Source of the DNA: Octopus vulgaris
Lineage: Eukaryota
Direction of reading: 5' to 3'
Assembly: GCA_951406725.2 (NCBI GenBank)
Contig: OX597835.1
Location: 27,466,001 to 27,530,000, forward strand
DNA: 64,000 nt
The stretch's first letter is position 1; the number at the start of each line of letters is the position of its first letter. A program made the position numbers and the translations under genes. Shown piece by piece: positions 38,068 to 52,398 of this stretch. The notes under the pieces are model-generated. The model saw nothing but the letters and a program-made list of their open reading frames with translations. It did not search any database and was not told the DNA's origin.

Positions 38068-39430
38068 CTACACAAGCTCTGTAGTGACAATCATGACTTT
38101 CAGACTCAGTCTCAACTCATGGCTTGCCACTTTATCTTGCGTGGATATCCCCTCACCACTATCCACACCGCCCTTGCCAGAGCACATTCCATGGACCGCA
38201 CATCCGCTCTCTCCCCCTGAACCTGCCTTCTGTTTCCCCTCATCTACCACCCCACCACTCTACCTTTCCAACACACCATTCTCCAAGCCTTCCGGCGACT
38301 CCAGACCGACCCCTCCACTTTGCACATCTTCCCTAACCGACCCCTCCCCTCCTTCAAATGAGCCCACAACCTACATGACCTCTTGGTCCTCAGCTTCTTT
38401 AATTCAACCTCCCAACCTGGCTCATTCCCTTGCTCCTGCCCATACTGCCACACTTGCCCTTACCTCTCCAACACCACCCTCCTCACCGGCACCCATCATC
38501 AACCCTATCACATCACCGACTCCTTCACCTGCACTTCTACCAATGTCATCTACTGCATCTCCTGCTCTCTCTGCCCTTCTCTATACATCAGGCAAACGGG
38601 ACACCACTTGGCTGACCAGTTTGCGGAACACCTCCGAGATATCTGACTTGGCAATGACACCCCGGTCTTGTGCCATTCTTTGCAACATCTCTTTGCAACA
38701 CCTGTCCGTGTTTGGATTGTCTTTGCACAGGGGCCATCCAGACTCCCATTTGCACTGTGAGCCTGTTTTCCACATGGGCTCAACTCTCCTCCCCTCGCCT
38801 CTCTCCTCCTCACACCTACTTCCTCCCACCCACCTCTCCTGCTCCAACTCCTACTTCTTCTCTTCACTCCTACCCACCTTCTCCTTCTCCCCTTCATCGT
38901 CACACCTCCCTTGTAACCCCACCCCTACACATTCCAACTCCACCTTCCCATCCCACCTCACCCCTTACACCCACTCCTACATACCCTACCCTCAGCCTGA
39001 CCCACACCTTGCTTTGCCCACTCTCACCTCCCCCACCTTCCAACACCATCACACCACACCACTATACCACAACACATTACACCACCATGTAAACACTAGC
39101 ACTGACCACTTCCCTGCCCCACATCTTCACACCTACATATACACACACGCACATGTCAAGGTCACCAACCCTCTTCCACATGCACATACATACTCTCTTA
39201 TACACATGCACACGCACCTTCGTTTTGGGATCACCACTACTTTATTATCTCCCCATCTTCCTAGCTCTCCTGTGTGACCCTTCTGTCTGGCATTCTCTCC
39301 TTGTTTCTCTCTGTGTTCCTTTCCGTGGAAAAGAGTGGGCTTGAAACATTAAAGACTTTTTCACTTCTGAGCATTAAACTAATACTATACCACCTGTGTT
39401 CCTCTTATGTTTTTTTTGTGAATTCTCCCT
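38068..39430 (+). mobile_element. Decayed Penelope-like retroelement 3' portion, GIY-YIG endonuclease pseudogene
   Basis: Frame 38383..38646: FPC..C.TCP...FTCTSTNVIYCISCSLCPSLYIRQTGHHLADQFAEHLRDI fits PLE GIY-YIG motif; stops/frameshifts; pyrimidine-rich 3' region; ends at (TA)n. Confidence 0.8.
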
Positions 39431-40257
39431 ATATATATAGGTATACATACATATATAGATATATATATATATATATATATATACGTATACATAGATATAT
39501 ACACATATATACATACACATATATATCTGCAAAAACTCACACATACAGAACTACCCACTGAATGTATAACAGTGTAAGCTGCTGAATATTCCACAGACAC
39601 TTGTACCTTTAGTGTAATTTTCAGGCAGAATCACAACAAGATCATAAGTAACATAACTGACCCTTTGAATTCCTGGTACAATCCATCTACAGAAACATCT
39701 AGAATTTCCACCAACTTAATTTCTCTTATTAGGTTTAGATTATCTTGAACTTAAGGTGTAAGACACTTGTTGAAGTTGCCAGACTATGAGATCAAAGCCA
39801 AGATCTTGAAATTATGAACAGAAATTTCATTCATCCATACAACTATAAACATGCAGCTTATACTACTGAACATTTCCTCAAACAATTATTAACTGGAAAT
39901 GCCCCATAAATTCACCACATTCTGCTGAACCTGTTTCTTCCCATACTCATGTCAAACAGCACTGATTCTAATCAAAGAAAATTGAGAATTTAAATTCACA
40001 ATGAAGTATGATACCCAAACAGATATTCATGCTGTTTATTCTAACACATGGACAATCATTAAAAAAAATGCTTTTAAAAAGTGTCTTTAGAGAACAATAG
40101 CATTGTTAGTTTAAGTTCTTTGTTGGGAAGATATTTAAGTGATTGAAAGTAAAGCTTGTTGTGAAGATATCGTATTGCAGTTGAAGGCTATATTTTTCTA
40201 TAAAGATATCTAGTAGCAAGTGGAAGTGTATTTTCTGGTAAAAATGCCTGTACTTAC

Positions 40258-40299
40258 CAAACTCTGACCTTGATTCTGTCTGAAGAATTGTGGCATTCA
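40258..40299 (-). CDS. unc-13: unc-13 exon (C2B): ECHNSSDRIKVRV(W)
   Basis: 42-nt exon matching Munc13 C2B peptide; AG/GTAAG boundaries, phases 2/2 fit neighbours. Confidence 0.95.
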
Positions 40300-40580
40300 C
40301 TGAAAAAGAAAACAAACACAAATAAATATGTTGAGGACAATGAAGAGGAGAAAAGCGAATAATATTCTGTGTTTTGTCAGTTAACAGGCCAGAACTGGCA
40401 ATCTGTCGGTTATGACAATGAGGGTTCCAGTTAATCCAATCAACAGAACAGCCTGCTAATGAAATTAATGAGCAAGTGACTGAGTACTCCACAGACACAT
40501 GTACTCTTGAATTACAGGTACAACACAGTTTTATATTTAAGAGATGAGGAATTATGTACATTATTTACATTTGATGGATA

Positions 40581-40630
<50 letters not shown>

Positions 40631-41037
40631 GGGTCACTGCTTGGAATCGAACTTGGAATCTTGGGTTAGTAGCCTGTGCTCTTAACCACTATGCCATATG
40701 CCTGTGGGCAATCATGGAGTGAATTTTAGGGGCTTATAAATCTAATATTTTCCTATCCTTCCTTAATACTAAAAAACAGAAAAAGAAAAAAGAAAATCTA
40801 AACAAATTTAGTAAACAAATTCAAAGACAAAAACAAAAATATATATAGGTGTGGTTGTGTGGTAAGAAGCTTGCTTCACAACCACATGGTTCCAGGTTCA
40901 GTTCCACTGCATGACACCTTGGGCAAGTGTCTTCTACTATAGCCTCAGGCCAACCAAAGTCTTGTGAGTGGATTTGGAAGATGGAAACTGAAAGAAGCCC
41001 ATCGTATACATATATATATATTACACACACACATGTA

Positions 41038-41260
41038 TTTTAATGGGGGACACCGGTTTATGGGGCTGCATTGGGTTTTCTGTCCATAAGGAGTTTGGCC
41101 TTAAGAGGTCTTAGGCCAACAGGTTTTGGAGTCTGATGATATGCTGTAAGGCCAAACTCCTTATGGACGGGAAACCCAAGGTAACCCCATAAACTGGCAT
41201 CCCCCCTATTAAAATCTTTGAGTGTGCTTCTTCTCTGGATTTATGTTTCCTACAAAAGAT
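41038..41260 (+). mobile_element. Inverted-repeat element with tail (probable PLE), inserted inside a SINE
   Basis: Imperfect arms 41038-41103 and 41147-41214; spacer has GGAGT-CTGATGA but no GAAA (broken hammerhead). Confidence 0.5.
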
Positions 41261-41515
41261 GTGTGTGTGTGTGTGTGTGTCTTTGTGTCTGTATCCCCAT
41301 CACCGCTTGACAACTGGTGGTGGCATGTTTACATCACTGTAACTTAGCGGTTTGACAAAAAGAGACCAACAGAATAAATACTAGGCTTTAAAAAATAAGT
41401 CCTGGGGGTCGATTTGTTTGACTAAAATCCTTCAAGGTGGTGGCTCCAGCATGGCTGTAATCAAATGACAGAAACAAGCACAAGAATAAAAGAATAGAAG
41501 AATATATATACTTAC

Positions 41516-41657
41516 AAATAGAATTTTTCAGTCCAAACAGGATTTAGGTCTTGAGGCACTGTCTTAGTCCGTTTCTTTACTTTTCCTACTTGCACAGTAA
41601 CATAAGGATCACTAGTGCCAGTTTTGTCTTTTCCTATAAGGCCCTGAGCACAAATAA
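41516..41657 (-). CDS. unc-13: unc-13 exon (C2B start): (V)[46 protein letters not shown](F)
   Basis: Manual translation; CAG acceptor at 41660-41658, GTAAG donor at 41515-41511; 142 nt. Confidence 0.96.
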
Positions 41658-42799
41658 CTGAAAGAGAAAGGAAAATAATAATAAAGGAAGGATATAATAC
41701 ATTAGGATATAATACAAGGCGGTGAGCTGGCAGACACGTTAGCGCGCCGGGCGAAGTGCCTAGCGGTATTTCGTCTGTCGTTATGTTCTGAGTTCAAATT
41801 CCACCGAGGTCAACTTTGCCTTTCATCCTTTCGGGGTCGATAAAATAAAGTACCAGTTTCTCACTGGGGTCGATATAATCGACTCAATCCCTTCGTCTGT
41901 CCTTGTTTGTCCCCTCTATGTTTAGCCCCTTCTGGGCAGTAAAGAAATATATATAAAAATAAATACATTAGGATGGTCGATATTAGAGAAGAAGGAAAGG
42001 CTAATTTGCAAGCATTTCTGTAGCATTTGTAACAACATCGATACATTGTAACATAACATAATAGAATGTAACACACTATAACAACTCAACATTAAATAAT
42101 TAGCGTTGTGCATTGACAGAAATTATGTTTGCTCCAACAACTGTATTGTTAATAGCTGGAATTTGTATTATTAGTTTAGTTGTCTCGTTGGTGGGTAAAA
42201 AGAATAGGATGCTTCTGTTGTGTTTAAATATTCAAAAGTTAATAATACTGAAAGGAGGTATCTACGTGTCTATGTGTGCCCAGAGAGGGGCGGTGCAGTG
42301 GTGTGGTGGTGGGAATAGTTACAATGCAAAGGAAGGGCCAAAGAAGATATATTGGTTGGCTTATCACAGAAATGATTGGCCCTTCGACCAATAAATAGTA
42401 AATAAGGACTTATGAGATCACGAGGGAGTCTCTATGTGGTTGCTTGACTTGCTAGAAATAACAGGTATATCACTGAATGACACACGATCACTGTTTAAAA
42501 AACACAAGCACACTGTAGATAGATCTTAGGCAAACTGCGTGGATGAGTCAGACAGAAACAGATTTTCTTCCATCAGATGCTCTTCCTGTCACCAACCCTC
42601 TTACTCGTTTCCAAGCAAAGGTCAACAAGTACAAAAGTTATTACATTCCATTTCTATTTATTTCTTGGAATGTAGAAAAAAAAAAATTCATGGCAGGAAT
42701 GTGCCAAAAGATTTTCACACATGAAGAAATAAGTGTGAATTGAATAATTACACCTTTACACACACACAAATTGAAGTGAAGAAGAAATCCATAAAATAT

Positions 42800-42841
42800 G
42801 TAGTAGTAGTAGTAGTAGTAGTATAGTAATAATAAGCTTAA

Positions 42842-42873
<32 letters not shown>

Positions 42874-42951
42874 ATGATGATGATGATGATAATAATAATA
42901 ATGATGATGATGATGATAATAATAATAATAATGATAATAATAATAATAATA

Positions 42952-42983
<32 letters not shown>

Positions 42984-43070
42984 AATAATAATAATAATGA
43001 TAATAATAATAATAATAATGATGATGATGATGACAATGATGATGATGATGATGATAATAATAATAATGAT
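42800..43070 (+). repeat. (TAG)/(TAA)/(TGA)n compound microsatellite
   Basis: Direct reading; other long TA/CA tracts at 33560-34012, 44620-45000, 45555-46040, 48875-49260, 50183-50580, 59490-60060, 60500-60860. Confidence 0.95.
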
Positions 43071-43092
43071 ATATGTCAAATAACAGTACCAG

Positions 43093-43622
43093 GCAGTGGC
43101 TCTCATGGCTTCTGATCTTAATTGATTGGAATTGTTATCATGTACACTGTTTTGTCTTGGTATAAAAAATGGGCTACAGCAAATATTCTGCTCAATACCA
43201 CAGATTTGCTTGTCAGTTGTATGACCTTAACTGGTTGAGCATGTCCCTTAGTGGCTGATGATATGTGCATCTCTGATCATGAGCAGAAGTAGTGGAGGAG
43301 CATCATAGCCATGTGTTGAGAGGAATTCTTTGGGATTTGGATAATTCACCTATGGAAACGTGTGTTTCATTCAACATCCTTAACCAACCCTTATTCAGGG
43401 ACCTTTTGAGTGAGATGGGCTACTTGACCTGAAAAAATTCTAACTGGGCCCCACCTGCAAGGTCACGTGCTGTTTATCTTGATATGAGATCACCATGTCG
43501 TGCACATATGGTTGTGATGCATGTACCTGGTGTACCCTTATCAGATGGGTAGTCATGATGGGTATATTGGGCTTCATATATTTTACCCCAGTGTCACTTT
43601 GATAGCATGCACTGCTCTCTCA
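43093..43622 (+). mobile_element. Unclassified retroelement 3' end with (TAA)n tail
   Basis: Embedded in (TAA/TGA)n; shorter 5'-truncated copy at 62943-63052 also in (TAA)n; internal part recurs at about 23625-23790. Confidence 0.6.
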
Positions 43623-44166
43623 ATAATAATGATAATGATAATGATGATGATGATAATAATAATAATGATAATAATAATAATAATAATAATAACAATAATA
43701 ATAATAATAACAACAACAATAATAATCCTTTCTATTAAAGGCACAAGGCCTGAAATGTGGGGGAGGGAGAGTAGTTGATTACATCGTCCCCAGAACACAA
43801 CTGGTACTTAATTCATTGACCCTGAAAGGATGAAATCAGAGTCAACTTCGGCAGAATTTGAACTCATAACACCGCAGTGGGCGAAATACCGCTAAGCACT
43901 TTGCCCAGTGTGCTAATGCTTCTACTAGCTTGCCGCCTTAATAATAATGGTTTCAAAATTTGTCACAAGGTCAGCAATTTTGGGGGAGGGGCTAAGTTAA
44001 TTACATCAACCCCGGTATTTCACTGGTACTTAATTTATCAATCCCAAAAAATGATGAAAGGCAAAGTCAACCTCGGCAGATTTGAACTCAGAATGCAGCG
44101 ATGGGTGAAATACCACTAAGCATTCCGTCCAGCATGCTAATGATTCTGCCAGCTTGCAGCCTTAAC

Positions 44167-44203
<37 letters not shown>

Positions 44204-44672
44204 GACAATGATATCCATGACTTTTTGACAATGGTATATCCATGTCAGATTTCAAAAGAGTTAAGTAATAAATACATAAATCATTAAAAAAAACCCAAAA
44301 TATTGAAATTTAAAATATCAATGTCTGATATTTATTATAAGACCATGAACATTTTGTTTGTAAGGGAGGTGTATAGGCAATTAAATCAACCCCCAATGTT
44401 TCACTGGTACTATATTTTACCAATCTTCAGAAGGATCAGAGGTGAGTTTTAAAAGTCAGGAAACTTTCATATTTTTGGAAAGCAAAATATGAAATAGTAA
44501 AAGCAAAAAAATAAAAAAATAAAAATAAAAAGAGAAAAACTAAAAGATTTGCAACTGGTTAGATATAGCCATTCCTTCCACTTTCCTGGTTATAAATCTC
44601 TTTATTATCTCCTCTTCATATATGTATATATATACATACATACAAAATACGCACACACACACACACACACAC

Positions 44673-44708
<36 letters not shown>

Positions 44709-45589
44709 GTACATATATATATGAATATATATACACACACACATTTATATACATATATATATACATATATATATATATACATACATATATATATATACAT
44801 ATATATATATACACATATATACATATATACATATATATATATATATACACATATATACATATATACATATATATATGTATATATATATATGTGTGTGTGT
44901 ACATATATATAGCATATACATTACAATATATATACATGTATAAATGATTATAATATACACATATATATTACAATACATATATATATATATATATATATAT
45001 ACCTATATAAATAATTATAAGATATACATAAACATATATATATGTACATACATACATACATAATGCCTATAAATAATAATAACAATAACAACAACAACAA
45101 CAATAATAATAATAATAATAACAATAATAATAATAATAATAATGTAACCCCCCACCCGCCAACTCCACCTCAAACGCATACAATATTGGAATACAATGGC
45201 AGTGGTTATCATTCTGACTGAGCTCTCAAAGAGCTTCTTCTTCTTCAACAGCAGTGGATGGCCGTTGCGTAACCCTACGAAAAACATTCTGCGGATGTTG
45301 CAAGGTTATTGAAATATTTACTTTTGGTGAATGAACCTGAATTTCTACATTCATAAATGCTCCAAAGAATAAAAAATGTTCAAAGAGAATATATGTGTTC
45401 AAAAGGAATAGATGTCCGTATTTGGGGGAGGGGTGGGGCGTGGAAGGGAGCGGGGACGGAGATAAGATGAAAAAATATATATATATAAAAGCACCCCTGC
45501 CCCTCTTCTACTTCAATAATAACATCACTGGTTGATAACAGCAGTATAAAAATATATATGTGAGTGTGTGTGTGTGTGTATATATATAT

Positions 45590-45667
<78 letters not shown>

Positions 45668-45988
45668 TATATATGTATATACATATACACACACATATAT
45701 ATATATACACACATACACATATACATACACACATATATATACATATATATATGTTTATATAGATATGGATATATATACACACATATACATACATATATAT
45801 ATATATATAGACACATACATATATACATATATATACATACATAGACACCTACATATATACATAGACATATACATATATACATATATACACATATATATAT
45901 ATATACATACATATATACATGCATACATACATATATACATACATACATACATACATATATATATATACACATATATATATACATAGAT

Positions 45989-46020
<32 letters not shown>

Positions 46021-49000
46021 CTATATATATATCTATACAAACGCACACAGGCATTTATACAATCTATACAAATAGGATGCTGCATTTAAATGAAAGTTTT
46101 CTAATAAGACGAGGACTTTTCTTAGCTAATATCCTAAGTAGAATGGGAAAATTTGAATAATGTGTGTTATATTAAATAAACATTCCGAATGTGAAAAGCC
46201 AACATTGTCAGCCCCTTTATTAGCCGAAACGTTGACTCATTCCAATCTCAATCTCTTCCAGATACAGCAACAGTATTAGCCCCAGGAAAAGGATAACGCT
46301 AACTGACTCAGTCCACTTTTCTGTTAATAGGTACCATTGGGAGGTACAATGCCAGGATTTATTACAGGTTTGATGAGTTTTGTCGATGTGGTGAATTGGC
46401 CGAGGTGTTAGATCACTGGATAGAATGTTTTGTGATATCTGTTCCAGCCCTCTGCATGCCAAGTTCGAATCCTGTTGAGGAGGGTTTGCTTTGGCATTGT
46501 TCAGTCGAGTGCCCTTCCTATTGCTAACCGTCACCTGTTTCCAAGCGAAGAATTACTTCCTAGTGGCTTGGCATATTCTCAACGAATCTTGGAAATGCTA
46601 GTGAGACACAATCACACACAAACACAGAAAAAGCTTGCTTCCCAACCACATGGTTCCAGGTTCAGTCCCAATGCATGGCACCCTGGGCAAGTGTCTTCTA
46701 CTATAGCTTTGGGCCAACCAAAACCTTGCGAGTGAAACTGAAAGAAGCCCGATATATATATTGTGTGTGTGTGTGTGTGTGTGTTTGTCCTCCAATCACC
46801 ACTTGACAACTAATATCAGTGTGTTTATATCCCTGTAACTTAGCAGTTCAGCAAAAGAGAGTGATATAATAAGTACCAGGCTTTAAAAGGAAATAAGTAC
46901 AGGGGGGGAGTCGAGTCATTTGACTAAAATCTCTTCAAGGCGGTGCTCCAGGATGGCCACAGTCAAATGACTGAAATAAATAAGGGAAAGATTAAAAAAA
47001 TCAAAGAGCCCTCTTGTGCCATAGACTCACAAGGTTGGTTTTCTGGATTTTGTGGCACTCCATTCCCCCACTCCGGATGGGATGCTGATCTATCGTAGGA
47101 TGACACCTCCACACCATTTTGCCAGCTGAGTGGACTGGAGCAATGTGAAATGAAGTGCTTTGCTCAAGAATACAATACATCGCCTGGCCCAGGAATTGAA
47201 ACCACAATCCTACAATCATGATCACGACAATCAAATGTTAAGCCATGTGTCTCCAAATCACACACACACACACACACACATTTTGGACAAACTTCCTTCA
47301 GTTTCCTATTTCTTAATTGCCCACAAGGGGGCTAAACATAGAGGGAACAAACAAGGACAGACAAAAGGATTAACTTGATTACATCGACCCCAGTGTGTAA
47401 CTGGTACTTAATTTATTGATCCCGAAAGGATGAAAGGCAAAGTTGACCTCGGCGGAATTTGAACTCAGAATGTAACGGCAGACGAAATACCGCTAAGCAT
47501 TTTGCCTGGTTTGCTAATGCTTCTGCCAGCTCGTCGCCTTCAGAAACTCCCTTCACTTTCTGTCAATCAAACTGCCTCACACAGCTTTGGTCATCCCAAG
47601 TCTATAGTAGGGGTCACCTAAGCTACCATATGGTTAGGAAACAAACTTCTCAGTCACAGAGCCATGTCCTCAGTCACCATCATCATCATCATTTAACATC
47701 CACTGTCCATGCTAGTATGGTTGGACAGTTTAGCAGAGTGGGAAGTCAGGGGAACCAACCCACGCCATGGCTGCAGGACAATAGATAAATAGCGGATAAT
47801 TAATGGGGAAGTTAATTATTTTATTAAAACCTTCTACATTTTGTATTTACCATCACAATTGGCTGAAATACACAGGAAGTTAAAGTTATTTTAATTCATA
47901 TCATCAATGGATATGGCAAGCAGTTTTTATTTCAGCCTGCTCCTAGAAATTATCAGCAGATCATGTTAAGAGGCTTTTTAACATCAAAGATGAGGAGACA
48001 GAGAAACCAATATGCCATCATAATAGGAATTGATTTTGTTTTTGCTTTCATTGTCATCGTCATCATCAACATTGTCATCATCGTCATCATCATTGTTGTT
48101 GCCAGTGTTATTATCATTGTTGTCTTTATCGTTTTAACATCCAATTTCCTATGCCTTATATGGGTCAGACCACATCTGCTGGGGGAAGATTTTCTATGAC
48201 TAGATGCGCCCCCTTTTGCCAACCCTCTCCTGCTTCCAAACAAGGTAATATTATCCCCATGGTTAAAGCAGCGAGCTGGCAGGATTGTTTGCATGCTGAG
48301 CGAAATGCTTAGCAGCATTTTGTCTGCCGTTACGTTCTGAGTTCAAATTCCGCTGAGGTCAACTTTGCCTTTCATCCTTTCGGGGTTGATTAAGTAAGTA
48401 CCAGTTACACACTGGGGTCAATACAATCGACTTAATCCGTTTGTCTGTCCTTATTTGTCCTCTCTGTGTTTAGCCCCTTGTGGGTAGTAAAGAAATAGCT
48501 ATTTTGGCTGCTGTTACGTTCTGAGTTGACTTTGCCTTTCATTCTTTCAGGGTCGATTAAATAAGTACCAATTATGCACTGGGTTTCGATGTCACCAACT
48601 TAATCCCTTTGTCTGTCCTTGTTTGTCCCCTCTATGTTTAGCCCCTTGTGGACAATAAAGAAATAAATATTTTCCCATGGAAGGTTGCCAATGAATGACA
48701 CCATGACAATGTGACTCATTTTCAACTATCACATAATACCAAGACAAGGGTGTACACACACACACACTTGACCTAGTGGTTGGGGTGTTGCACTCACAAC
48801 TGCTAGTCCATGGGTTCGCTTCCTGGAATGGGCAGTGCACTGTGTTAAGCAAAACACTTCATTTCACATTGCTCATATACATGTGTGTGTGTGTGTGTGT
48901 GTGTGTATGTATAAGTACACACACATGTATGCATGTATGACACCATATATATATGTATATATGTATGTGTGTATGTATGTATGCATGTATGTATAAAGTA

Positions 49001-49150
49001 TATTGGTTTTATTTATATATATCCATACACACACACACATACACACACATACATACATATATATATATATATATACATATATATACATATATATATATAC
49101 ACATATATATACACATATACATATACACATATATATACACACACATATAT

Positions 49151-49187
<37 letters not shown>

Positions 49188-49504
49188 TATATACATATAT
49201 ATATACATATATACACATATACATATATATATATATATAGATATATATATATATATATATAAAATCTATAAGTGTAGATCATATAACATGACTTGAATCA
49301 AAGTGACACAGAGGAAGACAGCAAAGGAAAATCAATATTTAGTCCTACAGTAAATATGTATACCAATGTTTGCTACTCATGCAAAGCAAGTGTAGCAAAC
49401 ACACCAACATGTCATACAGAGAACTAACAATACAAAAAAAAATGTAAATATAAAAACAAAAGAAAAAGAGTCCTCACCAAAAACTATACACACACACATA
49501 CATA

Positions 49505-50182
49505 CGAACCCACAATATGGTAGAAGTCATAGCCACTCATAATAAAAAGAAATACTGGTGGAATGTCCCAGTGAAGACCTCAATAAAATGTAAGCACAAC
49601 AAACCTGACATAATGATTTGGGATAGAGAAGAGAAACTGTGCACAGTTGAGGAAATTAGCTGCCCAGCGGATGTTACCATGAAGCTGAAGATCAGTGGAA
49701 AAGAGAACACCTATGCTGAAATATTGAGAAATCTGCAGTTACTCTATCCAGATTACAAGTTCAGATTTATACCTGTAATAAGTGGGGCCATGGGATATGT
49801 AACACACTGCCTAAATACCAATCTTAAGGAATTAGGTTTTTCAAAACCAGAAAGGAGAAAGCTAATTCGAAGACTACAGATCCAATCCATCACTGGAACC
49901 ATAAAAATCTGTAAAATTTTCCAGAAGTTTATCATTTAATACATATGAGCATGTCTAGATATGCAACTATATGCATGAGAAGACATACATAAAGCAACAC
50001 ATACAAATCTGCACATATACATGCATACATACAGGCATACATACATACATACATACATACATACAAAGAAACAAAAATATCCTGTTGTTGACTTTGAAAT
50101 TCAAATGAAGGAGCCTTGGATCTAGGTTAGAAACCAGCTCTTTCTCTACTGTCAAGAAGCCTTGAAATAGACTGAATGACTT
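49505..50182 (+). mobile_element. 5'-truncated RLE-class non-LTR retrotransposon (R4/Dong-like), endonuclease domain ORF 49517..49939
   Basis: HNKPDIMIWD...EISCP...KENTY...IPVISGAMG...LQIQSITGT is a PD-(D/E)xK restriction-like endonuclease C-terminus; flanked by (CA)n/(CATA)n; 3'UTR motif GTTAGAAACCAGCTCTTTC recurs inverted near 36842-36860. Confidence 0.8.
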
Positions 50183-50491
50183 ACATACACACACACACAC
50201 ACACATAAATACATACACACATACACATGTACATACATACATACATACATACATACACACACATACATACAGACACATACATACACACACATAGACACAT
50301 ACATACAAACACATACATACATACAGACATACATACACACACACACACATACATACATACACACACATACATACAATAGACACACACATACATACATACA
50401 TACATACACACACATACACACACATGCATACAGACACACACACACACACACACATACACACATACATACACACATACATACATACATACAT

Positions 50492-50524
<33 letters not shown>

Positions 50525-52365
50525 TACACACACATACACACATACATACACACATACATACACACACACGTACATACACACAAGGTTTCTAACCGTAAAG
50601 GCTTTACACGTTTGTAATTTTCTTCTGTTACAGTAATTATACAGGTTATTGATCCGTTTCCTAATTGTTGTATACACACTAAGTATCACTGATATACCTG
50701 TTTGAAAGCTACAGGAAAGCTTTTACTGATTTCATTTGTGATATTAAACTGTTATTTACATTTCGTCGAGTGAATACAAGCCAATGATATTTCTGAATGT
50801 TGACCAAATCAATCAATCATCACTTGGATACACATGGATTTATTGACTGCTTTTTCTTGTTGATTCCAAATACAAAGATCCTATAGTATTTTATTAGTTC
50901 TTCCAATTGAGTAATCGGATGACATCTTACCTTACTCTCTCCCCAACCGTTTCAGCAAATGTTGGGAAACTCTATGCAGTTCCACAAACTGTTAGAGATA
51001 ACGACCAAGTAACCCTCAAACCATGCTCTGACATCTTAGAAAAGGAAGACTGCAGAAGCCAAAGACCGTTTGACTTACTGCGTATATTTTATGTGTTTCA
51101 GTCATTAGACTGTGGCCATGCTGGAGCACAGTCTTAAAGAATTCTTAGTCAAATGAATCAACTCCAGGAATTCTGCTTTCTAAGTTTGGTACCTATTCTT
51201 TTACTCTTTTACTTGTTTCAGTCATTTGACTGCGGCCATGCTGGAGCACCGCCTTTTTTTAATCGAGCAACTCAACCCCGGGACTTATTCTTTGTAAGCC
51301 CAGTACTTATTCTATCGGTCTCTTTTGCCGAACCGCTAAGTTAGGGAGACATAAACACACCAGCATCAGTTGTCAAGCAATGCTAGGGGGACAAACGCAC
51401 ACACGCATATATATATATATATATATACATATATACGACAGGCTTCTTTCAGTTTCCGTCTACCAAATCCACTCACAAGGCTTTGGTCGGCCCAAGGCTA
51501 TAGTAGAAGACACTTGCCCAAGGTGCTATGCAGTGGGTCTGAACCCGGAACCATGTGGTTGGTAAGCAAGCTACATACCACACAGTCACTCCTGCGCCTA
51601 TTGCTCTTTTTCTGCCAAACTGTTAAGTTATGGGAACATAAACACACCAACACCGGTAGTCAAGCAGTGGAGGGGGGACAAACATAGATGCAAAGTCACC
51701 TACACACACATACGGACTGAACCCAGAACCATGTGGTTGGGAAGCAAACATCTTACCGCACAGCCACGCCTGTGCCTAGATGTTAAATAAAGCTTGCAAT
51801 CTAAAGAAATTATTACGGAGAGACTGCTAAGGAGATCCAAGCCAAGGGGTGGTGTGGGGGATGGGGGGGGGGGTGATTCCAGGGGGTGGGGGCGGGTGGG
51901 TAGACAGGGTTTTTACACAGAGTCACATGATTGACGGTGCTAAATTCAGACAGCAGCCGAAGACGTTAATGACTCGGGCATCGTGAATGATTTATGTGCC
52001 AAAGCTCCCAAAATAAACGTTTCGTTAAACGAAGAGTGACGCACACACACACACACACACACACACACTAACACAAGGAATAAAGTGGAAAAGAAGATAA
52101 AACAAATAAGATAAAACAAAAAAAAAAACAAGACAAAAAGAAAAAGTAAAAACGAACATATAAACGAAGGCATTCTTTCAATTTAGATGATAGACATGCA
52201 AATACACATAACAGTCTAATTAAACATTTAAATCGTTTACAATATTGATTAAAATGTTAATATTAGTGAGAGTCGCCCCCAAAATGGGATGCTTATTAAA
52301 ATTTATTTTTCCGCCCAGGATTTAAAAAAAAATTTTTTTATTATTATTATGATGATGATGATTAC

Positions 52366-52398
<33 letters not shown>

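Noticed and set aside
38084-39277. 397-aa Pro/Ser/Thr-rich ORF
   Set aside because: Off-frame read-through of a C-rich decayed PLE; the homologous frame is 38383..38646.
40631-40702. tRNA-like sequence on the minus strand (also SINE heads at 487, 28315, 31628)
   Set aside because: A and B boxes present but the acceptor stem does not pair; SINE-derived.
45226-45336. Possible terminal exon VHSPKVNISITLQHPQNVFRRVTQRPSTAVEEEEAL*
   Set aside because: Weak polypyrimidine tract and no recognisable homology.
46205-46240. GCCGAAACGTTG hammerhead-like half
   Set aside because: No upstream CTGANGA box.
50926-50992. AG...GTAAGGTAAG-bounded candidate exon
   Set aside because: No Munc13 similarity and stops in the frame needed to join 41657.
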